From Armatimonadota bacterium (GTDB taxonomy: Bacteria > Armatimonadota > Zipacnadia > Zipacnadales > UBA5352): 23,582 nucleotides of DNA. The DNA lies in contig JAYENL010000254.1 in NCBI GenBank assembly GCA_034722055.1, positions 1 to 23,582 on the forward strand. Reading direction: 5' to 3'. A model generated the notes under the pieces. The model saw only the letters and a program-made list of their open reading frames with translations. It had not been told where the DNA came from and searched no databases. The translations under genes were made by a program, and so were the position numbers. Numbering within the stretch: the stretch's first letter is position 1; every line of letters starts with the position of its first letter. Below are positions 1-8,635 of the stretch, in pieces.

Positions 1-258
1 CGGCGGTCGGGCTTCCAGCCCGACCTACGCGATGAAGGGACGAGCGGAACGAGCGCTTGGCTGTCGTGTCGTATGGAGGGGCCGGACCACTGTCCGGCCC
101 GCCGTTCCCCCCTCCGGGACGGAGGGGGGAGAACGACAAACGGCGGACGGGTCTGAAGACCCGTCCCTCCGAACGGCGGTCGGGCTTCCAGCCCGACCTA
201 CGCGATCAAGGGACGAGCGGAACGAGCGCTTGGCTGTCGTGCCGTTTGGAGGGGCCGG
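1..258. repeat. Direct repeat (period 173 bp) built from REP-like hairpins (BIME-like mosaic); probably truncated at the window start
   Basis: 1-85 matches 174-258 at 82/85 positions. The unit holds GTAG+palindrome on - (5-28, again 178-201), GGAG+GGGCCGGAC/GTCCGGCCC on + (75-100), an 11-bp hairpin (106-130) and GGAG+palindrome on - (145-170). It lies in the intergenic region downstream of the 344 stop. Confidence 0.85.
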
Positions 259-343
259 TCTCCGTCGCGGCCCGGCCGTCGTCGTTCCAGTCCAAGCGAA
301 CGGCAAACGAGCCCCGCAGCCCAGTTCCGAGTACTCGGTCGGT

Positions 344-3300
344 TCAGCGCGCCTCCAGCCACGCCACGATGTTCCGCAGGAGCTGACCGCAGGCGTCCAC
401 GGAGAGGCCCTCCGGCGCCGCCTCGGTGCCGATAACGTAGCGGTCCGGCGACGGCTGCGCCACGAGCACGCCACCCCCGACATCCGCCTCGAGGATCGAC
501 GGGTTCCCGTTCTCGTCGCGGGCCAGCACCGTCCACGCGTCATCCTCCCCGACGATGGTGTCGTAGGAGATGACTCCGGCGAGAGGACCGACCTGGCCGG
601 GCCTCGCGAAGATGGCGTGGTGGGGTACGATAATCTCCGCCAGCGCGCTGGAATCGTCGGATAGCCTCAGCGGCAGCGGCAGGTACCCGGCCTGGTAGCT
701 GGTGTTCTGGAGCTGGATGAGCGCCACGCGGCCCCCGGAGGCGATGAAGTCGCGGATCAGCGGCCAGCCCTCCTGCAGGCCACAGAAGTCCTTCTCGTGT
801 GCCTCGCTCCCGATCAGCAGCGCCCCATAGCCCGCCAGCGTGGCGGCGCTGAGGTCCGGCAGGGCCGGCAGCTCTACGCCGATCTCCCCCAGCGCAGCGG
901 CCACCGGGTCCTCCTCGCCCGTCACCAGTCCCACCGCGTCGCCGATGTCGATCCGCCGCCCTGCGCGCGGCCTGGCGGTGAGCGTGCCCTCCGTCTCGTG
1001 GACGCGATAGCGGACCGTGACCTGCCCCTCGCCCGCGCCGGTGAGGCTGAAGGCCGGCCCCGGCTGCACGCCGGACTCGGCCGTCCACTCCACCGCCATC
1101 GGCTCGGCTGAGACCCCGTCGGGCAGCTCCACGATCTCGGCCATGGCCTGGAGCGGCCGCCGACCGCGGTTGTTGACCCGCACTGCCAGCAGGCCGGGCT
1201 GGCCGGCGGCCATGTACACCATACGCCCCATGCCCACCTGGGGCTCGGGCGGCGGCGGAGCGGGCAGCGCGGTCATCCCCCACTGCTGCATGGCGCTGAG
1301 GGCGAAGGGCGTCATGCGAATCTGCATGGCGTAGCCCTTGCCGGAGCCGGACGGCCCGCGGTTGATGACCATGTCGCCCAGCGAGCGCTCCAGCATCTCG
1401 CGGTAGATCTCCTCGCCGGCGAGGTCGTAGGCGTGCGCGAGGCCCTCGCAGGCCATGTAAGTGCCGGCGTGCGTGGAGCTGTCGTCGTACTGCGGGCACT
1501 GGGCGTACTGGAAGCTGTTGTCCTCGGGATGCCACATGCGCCAGTGGATCCAGTCGGCGCTGCGCACGATGGCGTTCCTGAGGTCCGGGTCGGGATCGAT
1601 CTGATCCAGCATCTTCAGTCCGGTCATGACCACGCCGGTCATGAAGGTCTTCCCGCCCATGTGCCGCACCTCGTGCTCGCACTCGCCGATGCCGTGGATC
1701 AGCGTGCCGGTGCCGGGATCCTGGCGGGCGACGACGTTCTGGCAGAACAGGCGCGCCGCGTTGAGATACCACGGGTGCGGGACGACGTGGTAGCCGCCCA
1801 GCGCGGCGATGGTGGTCCAGCCGTACTGCCGATGCACCCACTGCGACAGCCGCGTGGCCTCCTCCCGCGCCATCCAGTCCACCAGCAGCATGGCCGCCTC
1901 GCGGTAGCGGCGGTCGCCGGTGAGGCAGTAGGTGGTGAGCGTGCCCTGCGACCACACGTGGCCGGTGTTCCAGATGCCATCGGAGAACCAGTAGGTCGCC
2001 CCCTCCGGGCGCTGGATGTCGAAGCCGCCCACGTGCCCCACGCAGTGGGCCTTCTGAATGCCCACCAGGCTCTCGCTGGGCGCCACGTGGATGGTGTCCA
2101 CCGCGGCGGTGTGCCGCGCCGCCTCCTCCGCCCGGTCGAAGAACCGCCAGTCGCCCGAGCGCGCGAAGTGCACCAGCAGGCCCCACTGCAGGTCATACTC
2201 CTGGTTCGTCCAGTTCACCCACCGCTCCCCGTGCGTGTCGCCGAAGTTCATCCAGTCGTACTCCCGCACCCTCCGCCGGCGCTCCTCCAGCGCCTCGAAG
2301 CCCTCATCCATGTAGGTCTGGAAGCTCTCGAACACGCCGGGCTGCTCGGGCTCCAGCGGCTCGCCGAGCACGCCCGATGCACACATGTGCTCGGGACTGG
2401 CGGTCAGCAGCGGGATGTGGTCCCACGCCACGTCCATGATCTCCTTGGCCTCGGTATCATCGAAGCAGTAGAACAGGAGGTCGTAGCTGAGGGCCACGCC
2501 CATGGGGATGGAGTACTTGCCGTCGCTGCACCAGTAGTAATGCTGGGTGCGCTCCAGCGGCTCCATCTCCTCATCGGCGTACTGGTCGGCCGGCAGCTTG
2601 GGGAAGATCTCGGCCACCAGCCGTGAGCCCTTCGCCGAGTAGGCCTTGGGATAGAGCTGCCAGAAGTCGCGCATGGTCACGCCCAGGCTGCGCTGGAGGC
2701 CATCCTCCTCGTAGCTGAGGCCGACGGCCGCGTTCGTGTGCCCCTCATGCTCCTCCGTCCGGTCGCCGCGCGTCACGATGTAGCGGTTGTCGTAATCGTG
2801 CAGCATTCGCGTGCCCTGCTGGATCACCCGCCAGGCGTGCTCTGCCTCCTCTCGCTCCTCCTGGTCGGCCTCGCCGGCGATCTCCTCCCGCGACATCTCC
2901 GCCGCGAACCGGATGGGAACCGTGAGGCTCTCGATAAGGGTCATGGTCGGCGGCCGCACGGAGGTGCCCTCATCGCCGATGAGTGTGAAGACCGTGGGCA
3001 CGCCCGCAAAGCCGCGATAGAAGTACATGCGCCAGCGCCAGCCCAGCAGCTCGCCTGCGTCACCGGCGAACCGGCCCTCGGCGAGGATCACGGTGCGCAC
3101 GGGGCCGGCCTCCTCGACCTCCAGCCGCTCCACCGGCTGACCGGCGGTGGAGTAGACGTGGCCCTCGGCGTCGGTGAGCACCGCGCCCTCATCGGCGATG
3201 GCGATCCGCTCACTCTCAGCGAACCGCCCGTCGCCGTCGATGTCTCGCCAGAGGTCGCCCGGCGGCGAGAAGCGCTGGCGCGAGATCTCCGCCCGCAGCA

Positions 3301-5077
3301 CGTTGGTCGTGACGCGCAGCCCGTCCGGAGTCTCCTCGACGCGAATGGGCTCCGCCACCTCCGGCTGGCTCACCTGCTCGCCGTACTCCAGCGCGTAGTC
3401 CCCGGCGTCGCCTTCGTGCAGCACGCTGACCAGCAGCCACTTCACGCTGCCGTCCGGCCACCACGCCAGCTCCGTGAAGCCCGCCGGGATCGCCTCCCCG
3501 CCCCGCAGCAGTCGGCAGTGCGAGGCGTCGCGCAGATGGCCCTTTGGGATGGGAATGCCGCCGCTGATGGGCCACGCAGGCCGATCCTCCACCGGGTCGG
3601 TGACGGACAGCTCGACCCGCGCCCGCTCCACGCCACAGCGCTCCGGCCGCAGCGGCTCAGCGACGAAGGTGGCCACCTCCGACTGCGCCTGGCCCTCGCC
3701 ACGTCCCGCGACTGCACGGAAGCTGTAGGTCGCGCCACGGTCCAGATCGCGCAGCGTGATGCGATGGTTGTAGGTGCTATCCTCCTCCTCGGCGACCTGA
3801 TCCAGCTCGCCGGCACCCCACTGCACGCGCCCGCTGCATGGCCGATTGGTCAGGAAGCACACATCGACATCGACCGTCTCGCCCCGCTCGTCCGGAGCGC
3901 AGAAGGTCTCGATATCGCTGATGGTCAGCCCCGGCGGCTGCAGCATCTCCCGCGTGATGGTCAGCTCCGAGATGCGAGCATCCTGGGCCGGCCCGTCGCA
4001 GACGAGGCGGATCGACTGGCCCTCGCGCAAGGCCACCGGCTCGGGCGTGGAGCAGATGCGGATGAGGCCATCGTCACTCGCGGCCACCACCAGCGCCACC
4101 AGCTCATCGTCCAGGAAGACCTGCACCCGCTCCTGCCGCTCGGGGCTGTCCTGCAACACTACGTTGAGGTGATAGCTGCCGGAGACCGGTGCCGAGAGGG
4201 TGGCCGAGGCGCCCTTCTCGTCGGCGACCAGCGACCGGTCCTCGATGTGCATGTCCTGCACCCGGGCGGCGGTGAGGTCGAGCGTCACGGCGTCCATGGC
4301 GCGAAGCTGCTCCCGCCACGACAGCCACGGCTCCTCCACCCACACGCCCTCCGAGAGCAGCTCCGAGATGGAGCCCACGCGGGGCTTGAGGCGGTCGGAC
4401 TCGCCGGGTCCGCACACGGTGAACCACTCCTCGGAGCTGTCCTGATCGCCACTGGGCGGGCGGTACTGGCTGAGCACGTAGGCGCGGTACTCGGTGTTGC
4501 CCTGCTCGTTGTGGTTGAGCTGCAGGTCCATGGAGTAATACACGGAGCTGCCGTCGATGTAGCCGCGCAGGTCGCGGTTGTCCGAGAGCACGTCGGCGTT
4601 GCGGATGCTGGGCTTGAAGGAGCCGCTGGAGAAGACCAGCATCATGTCGGTGCCCAGCGCACCATCCTGGCGGCCGGTGGCGGTATCGTTGTCGCAGTCG
4701 AGGTAGAGGATGAGGATGGTGCCGGGCTTCCGGAAGTCCTCGGCGAAGTCCAGCCGCCAGACCCAGCGGTCCCCGGCTGCATTGCCGAAGTACAGGTTCG
4801 TGAAGTCGTTGGCCTGCTCGAAGTTGCCCGCCACCTCATCGCCCTCGGCCACCGAGCCGTCCTGGAAGACCAGGTGCATGGTGTCCGCGTGCTCGTCGTC
4901 CATCCCCAGGACCTTCTCGGCCATGTCCGGGATGCCGTCGTTGTCGGCGTCGGGCTGATCGGTGGCCAGCTCCGCCACCGGCGCCGGCTGCGGAGTGCCA
5001 TCATCGTCGGTGTCCTGGGCGAAACACGGCACGGCGAGCAGAGCAAGTGCGGCAAAGCATCTCGCAAAGCGCTTCAT
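344..5077 (-). CDS. Large secreted multidomain protein (~1577 aa) with a PcRGLX/YetA-like (exo-rhamnogalacturonan lyase, PL26-like) core
   Basis: Start reassigned to ATG 5077 (MKRFARCFAALALLAVPCFA signal peptide, GGAGG upstream). Has a DADNDGIPDMAE Ca-binding-like repeat, an FN3-like segment (YNHRITLRDLDRGATYSFRAVA) and PcRGLX-type motifs WPISGGIPIPKG, WPDGSVKWLLV, EEAGPVRTVI, YDWMNFGD and WTNQEYD, followed by an alpha-toroid-like region. Confidence 0.8.
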   Translation of the reverse strand: MKRFARCFAALALLAVPCFAQDTDDDGTPQPAPVAELATDQPDADNDGIPDMAEKVLGMDDEHADTMHLVFQDGSVAEGDEVAGNFEQANDFTNLYFGNAAGDRWVWRLDFAEDFRKPGTILILYLDCDNDTATGRQDGALGTDMMLVFSSGSFKPSIRNADVLSDNRDLRGYIDGSSVYYSMDLQLNHNEQGNTEYRAYVLSQYRPPSGDQDSSEEWFTVCGPGESDRLKPRVGSISELLSEGVWVEEPWLSWREQLRAMDAVTLDLTAARVQDMHIEDRSLVADEKGASATLSAPVSGSYHLNVVLQDSPERQERVQVFLDDELVALVVAASDDGLIRICSTPEPVALREGQSIRLVCDGPAQDARISELTITREMLQPPGLTISDIETFCAPDERGETVDVDVCFLTNRPCSGRVQWGAGELDQVAEEEDSTYNHRITLRDLDRGATYSFRAVAGRGEGQAQSEVATFVAEPLRPERCGVERARVELSVTDPVEDRPAWPISGGIPIPKGHLRDASHCRLLRGGEAIPAGFTELAWWPDGSVKWLLVSVLHEGDAGDYALEYGEQVSQPEVAEPIRVEETPDGLRVTTNVLRAEISRQRFSPPGDLWRDIDGDGRFAESERIAIADEGAVLTDAEGHVYSTAGQPVERLEVEEAGPVRTVILAEGRFAGDAGELLGWRWRMYFYRGFAGVPTVFTLIGDEGTSVRPPTMTLIESLTVPIRFAAEMSREEIAGEADQEEREEAEHAWRVIQQGTRMLHDYDNRYIVTRGDRTEEHEGHTNAAVGLSYEEDGLQRSLGVTMRDFWQLYPKAYSAKGSRLVAEIFPKLPADQYADEEMEPLERTQHYYWCSDGKYSIPMGVALSYDLLFYCFDDTEAKEIMDVAWDHIPLLTASPEHMCASGVLGEPLEPEQPGVFESFQTYMDEGFEALEERRRRVREYDWMNFGDTHGERWVNWTNQEYDLQWGLLVHFARSGDWRFFDRAEEAARHTAAVDTIHVAPSESLVGIQKAHCVGHVGGFDIQRPEGATYWFSDGIWNTGHVWSQGTLTTYCLTGDRRYREAAMLLVDWMAREEATRLSQWVHRQYGWTTIAALGGYHVVPHPWYLNAARLFCQNVVARQDPGTGTLIHGIGECEHEVRHMGGKTFMTGVVMTGLKMLDQIDPDPDLRNAIVRSADWIHWRMWHPEDNSFQYAQCPQYDDSSTHAGTYMACEGLAHAYDLAGEEIYREMLERSLGDMVINRGPSGSGKGYAMQIRMTPFALSAMQQWGMTALPAPPPPEPQVGMGRMVYMAAGQPGLLAVRVNNRGRRPLQAMAEIVELPDGVSAEPMAVEWTAESGVQPGPAFSLTGAGEGQVTVRYRVHETEGTLTARPRAGRRIDIGDAVGLVTGEEDPVAAALGEIGVELPALPDLSAATLAGYGALLIGSEAHEKDFCGLQEGWPLIRDFIASGGRVALIQLQNTSYQAGYLPLPLRLSDDSSALAEIIVPHHAIFARPGQVGPLAGVISYDTIVGEDDAWTVLARDENGNPSILEADVGGGVLVAQPSPDRYVIGTEAAPEGLSVDACGQLLRNIVAWLEAR

Positions 5078-5255
5078 CGTGTGCCTCCACGGGACATGGC
5101 TGTTGAGACCAGGGGCCCTGACAGCGCGCCTTGCGCCGATTGCCGACATGCAGCAAGATGTCCGCCCACGGCCTGACCATCGGCCGTGTGCCGGACCTGC
5201 AAGACATACAAGCCCTGGACCGCGCTGAGCGCCTGCTCTGGCGCGGCCTGCGCGG

Positions 5256-5939
5256 CTACGGCCAGTCAGGATCCATGCGGAAGTCCCGGCTGGCGTAGAG
5301 CGTGGGCGGGTAGTAAGCGTGCGGGACCCGTTCGCCGCTGACCCACTTGGCGTGACCGTCGCACAATGTGTAGTTCGCTCCCCCGTTGTGCCGATCGTAG
5401 CGCCAGACGAAGTTCTTGTTACCCGCGTCGGCTTCGTTGAACCATCGGCCGTAGGGGAGGTTCCCGTCCTGTTCGACCAGCATGATCACGCTCGCGGGCT
5501 CCCTGATTCTGGCCAGCTTTACCGGCTGGATGTAGCAGAAGTTGTAGTTCCAGCCGTAGCCAAGCGGCGGGTCATACACTTTGAGGCTGCCTCCGGAGCC
5601 CTGAACATAGAAGTAGTCGCGCATCTGACTGGGGCATGAGAGTATCTCCCGGTTCTTCAGGTAGGGCTCAATGTAGACGTACCACACTGACCGGCCACCC
5701 GGGTGGATGAGCGTCTCCGCTGGCTCACCTCCGGAATTGTGATACTGCAGTGGCAGGCGTTCGTCATAGTCCTGCGTGTACATCAGCACCGCCAGGCCGA
5801 TCTGCTTCATGTTGCTCAAGCAGCTCGTCTGCCGGGCCTTCTCACGGGCCCTCGCAAAGACCGGGAACAGGATCGCTGCCAGGATGGCGATTATGGCGAT
5901 CACCACCAGCAGCTCGATGAGTGTGAAACCTCGCTTCAT
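5256..5939 (-). CDS. DUF1559 / prepilin-type N-terminal cleavage-methylation domain protein with H-X9-DG motif
   Basis: Start at ATG 5939 gives MKRG^[45 protein letters not shown]-terminal [17 protein letters not shown]. Confidence 0.93.
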   Translation of the reverse strand: MKRGFTLIELLVVIAIIAILAAILFPVFARAREKARQTSCLSNMKQIGLAVLMYTQDYDERLPLQYHNSGGEPAETLIHPGGRSVWYVYIEPYLKNREILSCPSQMRDYFYVQGSGGSLKVYDPPLGYGWNYNFCYIQPVKLARIREPASVIMLVEQDGNLPYGRWFNEADAGNKNFVWRYDRHNGGANYTLCDGHAKWVSGERVPHAYYPPTLYASRDFRMDPDWP

Positions 5940-6029
5940 TGTGCTCACCCCAGACTTGTGATAGGCGTTACACGTAGATTCGAGGCCTGACCACGGTATT
6001 CCTTCCACTTGCGGGATGCGTTCTCACAG

Positions 6030-6059
6030 AAAAAGCATGCGCCCCACCAGGCGGAGGCA
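6030..6059 (-). terminator. Possible intrinsic terminator of the rSAM operon
   Basis: On the - strand, directly after the 6060 stop: a weak GC stem (GCCTC...GGGGC) followed by GCATGCTTTTT. Confidence 0.3.
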
Positions 6060-6821
6060 TCAGGACGGACGAGATGCTCCCACCCGTGGGTGAGCTGCGA
6101 CCACCAGCACATAGGGCACGTGCAGGAAGACCTCCCACTCGCCACAGGCGCCCGCAAGGCGCTGCCGGGCCTCGGCCACGGCCTGCCGCTCGGCATCGCT
6201 CAGAGGCAGGTCGTCCAGCAGCGCCAGCGCCTCGGCCTCCGCCGGTCGGGGGATGTGCGCCAGCTCCACCCACGGGTCCAGGCCGGCGCCCTCGCAGAGC
6301 CCGGGCAGCCTCCGGCCGACGCGCGGGTCGGCCCCGGCTCGGCTCAGCCCGTCGAGCCAGGCATCGCGGAGACCCATGGGAGGCTGCTCGAGCATCCCGC
6401 CGTAGTCCGGCTCCAGGGCCACCACGCAGCCGCCGGGCCTGAGGACCCGCGCCGCCTCACCGATGGCCGCCTCGGCCTTCCCGAGCCACAGGAGGACGTT
6501 CTCGAAGAGCACGAGGTCGAAGCTGGCGTCGGCGAAGGGGAGCTGTTCGGCATCGCCGGCCACAGGCCAACAGTGCGGTACCGCGGCCCAGCCCGCCCGC
6601 CGCTGTCCCAGCAGTATCTCGGCATCACGGTCGAGGGCCACCACCTGACCGCGGGCACGCCGCACAAGCTCGCCCGTCACCACCCCATGCCCGCACCCCA
6701 CCTCCAGCACGCGCTCCCGGACGCCGATCCGCGCCCGCCGCAAGGCACGCGACCGCGGCCCGGCCAGCCACCGGGCCAGCGCACGCGACAGCTCCAGCCC
6801 CGGGCGCTCCGGTACGCTCAC
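6060..6821 (-). CDS. Class I SAM-dependent methyltransferase (Methyltransf_11/UbiE-like fold)
   Basis: Motif I VLEVGCGHG, VVALD, GDAEQLPFADASFDLV and RVLRPGG. Start taken as GTG 6821, which overlaps the upstream TGA (GTGA, 6821-6818). Confidence 0.9.
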   Translation of the reverse strand: MSVPERPGLELSRALARWLAGPRSRALRRARIGVRERVLEVGCGHGVVTGELVRRARGQVVALDRDAEILLGQRRAGWAAVPHCWPVAGDAEQLPFADASFDLVLFENVLLWLGKAEAAIGEAARVLRPGGCVVALEPDYGGMLEQPPMGLRDAWLDGLSRAGADPRVGRRLPGLCEGAGLDPWVELAHIPRPAEAEALALLDDLPLSDAERQAVAEARQRLAGACGEWEVFLHVPYVLVVAAHPRVGASRPS

Positions 6822-8635
6822 CGGCCGCCACCGGCGCAGGCGCAGGCGCACGCGCAGCCGGCGCAGGCACAGGCGCAGCCGCCGCCCCCACTGAACCCGC
6901 CGCTGCCGCCGCTGGACTCGGCCATCGACTCCAGGAAGTCCATGCTGACCCTGTCCACGCCGGACAGGTCCATGACCTGGCTGTCAACAAGCCCGACGCT
7001 GACGGGGTCCATGGTGGCGGCCATGCGCCCGGTGACGTTCTCCGACCACCCCGCGAAGGAGGCCGCCACGTCGCCGAAGCTGGTCCGGTCGCCCGGCGCG
7101 GGCGCGGCCACGGTGGGGGCCTCGCCCGCCGGACGCGCCCAGCCCGGCGAGTAGTGATAGCCGGTGCGATGCCAGGTGTGGAAGTGCCGCGGGTAGCCGT
7201 CATCGAGCATCAGCCAGCCGATGTTGCTGTCCACGTACTCGTCGCGGCGCTCCACGTCGCCGATCTGCCGCGCCTCCGACCAGGCGTCGGCGACGATGGA
7301 CTGGTAGTACTCCCGGGTGCGCTCCAGATCGAAGCCCGCCATGCGCTCGGCGAGCTGATTGACGAGATGGCGCATCTGTTTGCTCAGGTCCAGGTCCGGG
7401 ATCGGCACGCCGGGCCGCTCCATGACGGCGTCCAGGAACGGCTGCTCGTAGCCGCGAACGACCGTCCCCAGCTTCGCCGCCACCTCCCGGCGCTCTCCAC
7501 GCGTGGTCCTGAAGTGCTCCGGGACCTCCACCGTCACCGGGTCATCGTTGATCATCACCACGAGGCCCTTCTTCAGCATCCCGAAGACCACCAGCGCCAA
7601 CACCTGGCCGAGCGGGCGCTCCAGCAGCACCGCCGCCTCGGGGGCCGTCAGCCCCCGCTTGATCTCCCCGCCCGGCACGGACTCAATGGGCGGCAGATAC
7701 GAGCGGCGCCGTGACGCTATCAGCCGGTCGCCCAGCAGCCACAGAAGGATCAAGACCGGGATGGCTACCAGCTCCAGCGTGGGCCCCAGCGGATTCGGCA
7801 GCGACCACAGGACCGGCAGGGCGATGACCAGAGGGATGAACAGGCAGGTGCCGGTGCCGCCGGTAAGCCGGAAGTACCACAGCGAGAACAGGATCAGCAG
7901 CACAATCCCCACGACCACCCGCGCGGTGCCGCTCTCCGTCCACCACTTCCACGCCAGGTCCAGCGCGGTCTGCCTCACCACCTGCTCCATCCAGTCCCTG
8001 GGGAAGGACAGGCCCACCATGTGCGCGTGGGACAGGCGCGTGTCAGCGAACACCCACGCGACAGCCTTGCGGCCCTCGAGCTGCATCTTGCGGTCGAAGG
8101 GCCGGTCGAGCTGGTAGACGACGTCGTCGGGATTCACCGAGTCCGGCAGATAGACCACGATCATGAGGTCCGTGGTCTCAGTCAGGAGGTCGCTATCGAA
8201 CCACGTCGGCGTGATGCGCAGGGAGGCCAGCTCCGCGTTGGTCGTGTCCTGATAGACCCGGTTGGGCATGGTGGCCTCAAACTCGAAGGTCCCGGTCTGG
8301 TTGGGCTGGATGGGAGGGCTCAGCGGCACCTCCACGCCCACGTCAACGTACTCCGAGGGCCGGATGGTTCGCTGGGGCATGCCGTTGAGCGACGCGCTCA
8401 TGTTGGCGATGTTGTAGTCGCGGTCCGGCAGCCCGATGTCCACGATGTCAATGGGGTCGGCGCCCCCGTTGCAGTGCAGCTTGATCGTGTACTGCAGCGT
8501 GACGGAGGCGTCAACATTCGGCGTGACCTCGAAGCGCATCTGAGGCACCGAGAACGAGTAGTCCTGCGCCTGGGCGGCGCTGCCCGTCACGAACGCGAGC
8601 GCGGCACAGACGAGCATCCACCGGGCGCGTGTCAC
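6818..8635 (-). CDS. Membrane protein (signal peptide, extracytoplasmic beta-domain, ~3 TM, cytoplasmic domain) with a Gly/Ser linker and a C-terminal (Cys-Ala)n tail; DUF2207-like architecture
   Basis: Signal MTRARWMLVCAALAFVTGSAAQA. Hydrophobic segments VVVGIVLLILFSLWYF, CLFIPLVIALPVLWSL and LVAIPVLILLWLLG, followed by RRR. Ends SSGGSGGFSGGGGCACACAGCACACACAGGGR. GTG start overlaps the upstream TGA, with GAGGTG SD. Confidence 0.88.
   Translation of the reverse strand: MTRARWMLVCAALAFVTGSAAQAQDYSFSVPQMRFEVTPNVDASVTLQYTIKLHCNGGADPIDIVDIGLPDRDYNIANMSASLNGMPQRTIRPSEYVDVGVEVPLSPPIQPNQTGTFEFEATMPNRVYQDTTNAELASLRITPTWFDSDLLTETTDLMIVVYLPDSVNPDDVVYQLDRPFDRKMQLEGRKAVAWVFADTRLSHAHMVGLSFPRDWMEQVVRQTALDLAWKWWTESGTARVVVGIVLLILFSLWYFRLTGGTGTCLFIPLVIALPVLWSLPNPLGPTLELVAIPVLILLWLLGDRLIASRRRSYLPPIESVPGGEIKRGLTAPEAAVLLERPLGQVLALVVFGMLKKGLVVMINDDPVTVEVPEHFRTTRGERREVAAKLGTVVRGYEQPFLDAVMERPGVPIPDLDLSKQMRHLVNQLAERMAGFDLERTREYYQSIVADAWSEARQIGDVERRDEYVDSNIGWLMLDDGYPRHFHTWHRTGYHYSPGWARPAGEAPTVAAPAPGDRTSFGDVAASFAGWSENVTGRMAATMDPVSVGLVDSQVMDLSGVDRVSMDFLESMAESSGGSGGFSGGGGCACACAGCACACACAGGGR

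Noticed and set aside
1..258. CRISPR array
   Set aside because: Only two long units, with duplicated rather than unique intervening sequence, and no cas genes.
5152..5167. Sigma-54-like GG-N10-GC (GGGCGGACATCTTGCT on -) upstream of the large gene
   Set aside because: Only a partial match to TGGCACG-N4-TTGC, which is likely by chance in GC-rich DNA; no activator gene nearby.
2738..5176. Long antisense/alternate-frame ORFs (812 aa here; also 540-2186, 9978-11363, 12052-13395, 13259-15421, 15259-16809, 18620-20017, 19885-22293)
   Set aside because: Shadows of real genes in high-GC DNA: low-complexity Arg/Ala/Gly/His-rich translations with no motifs.
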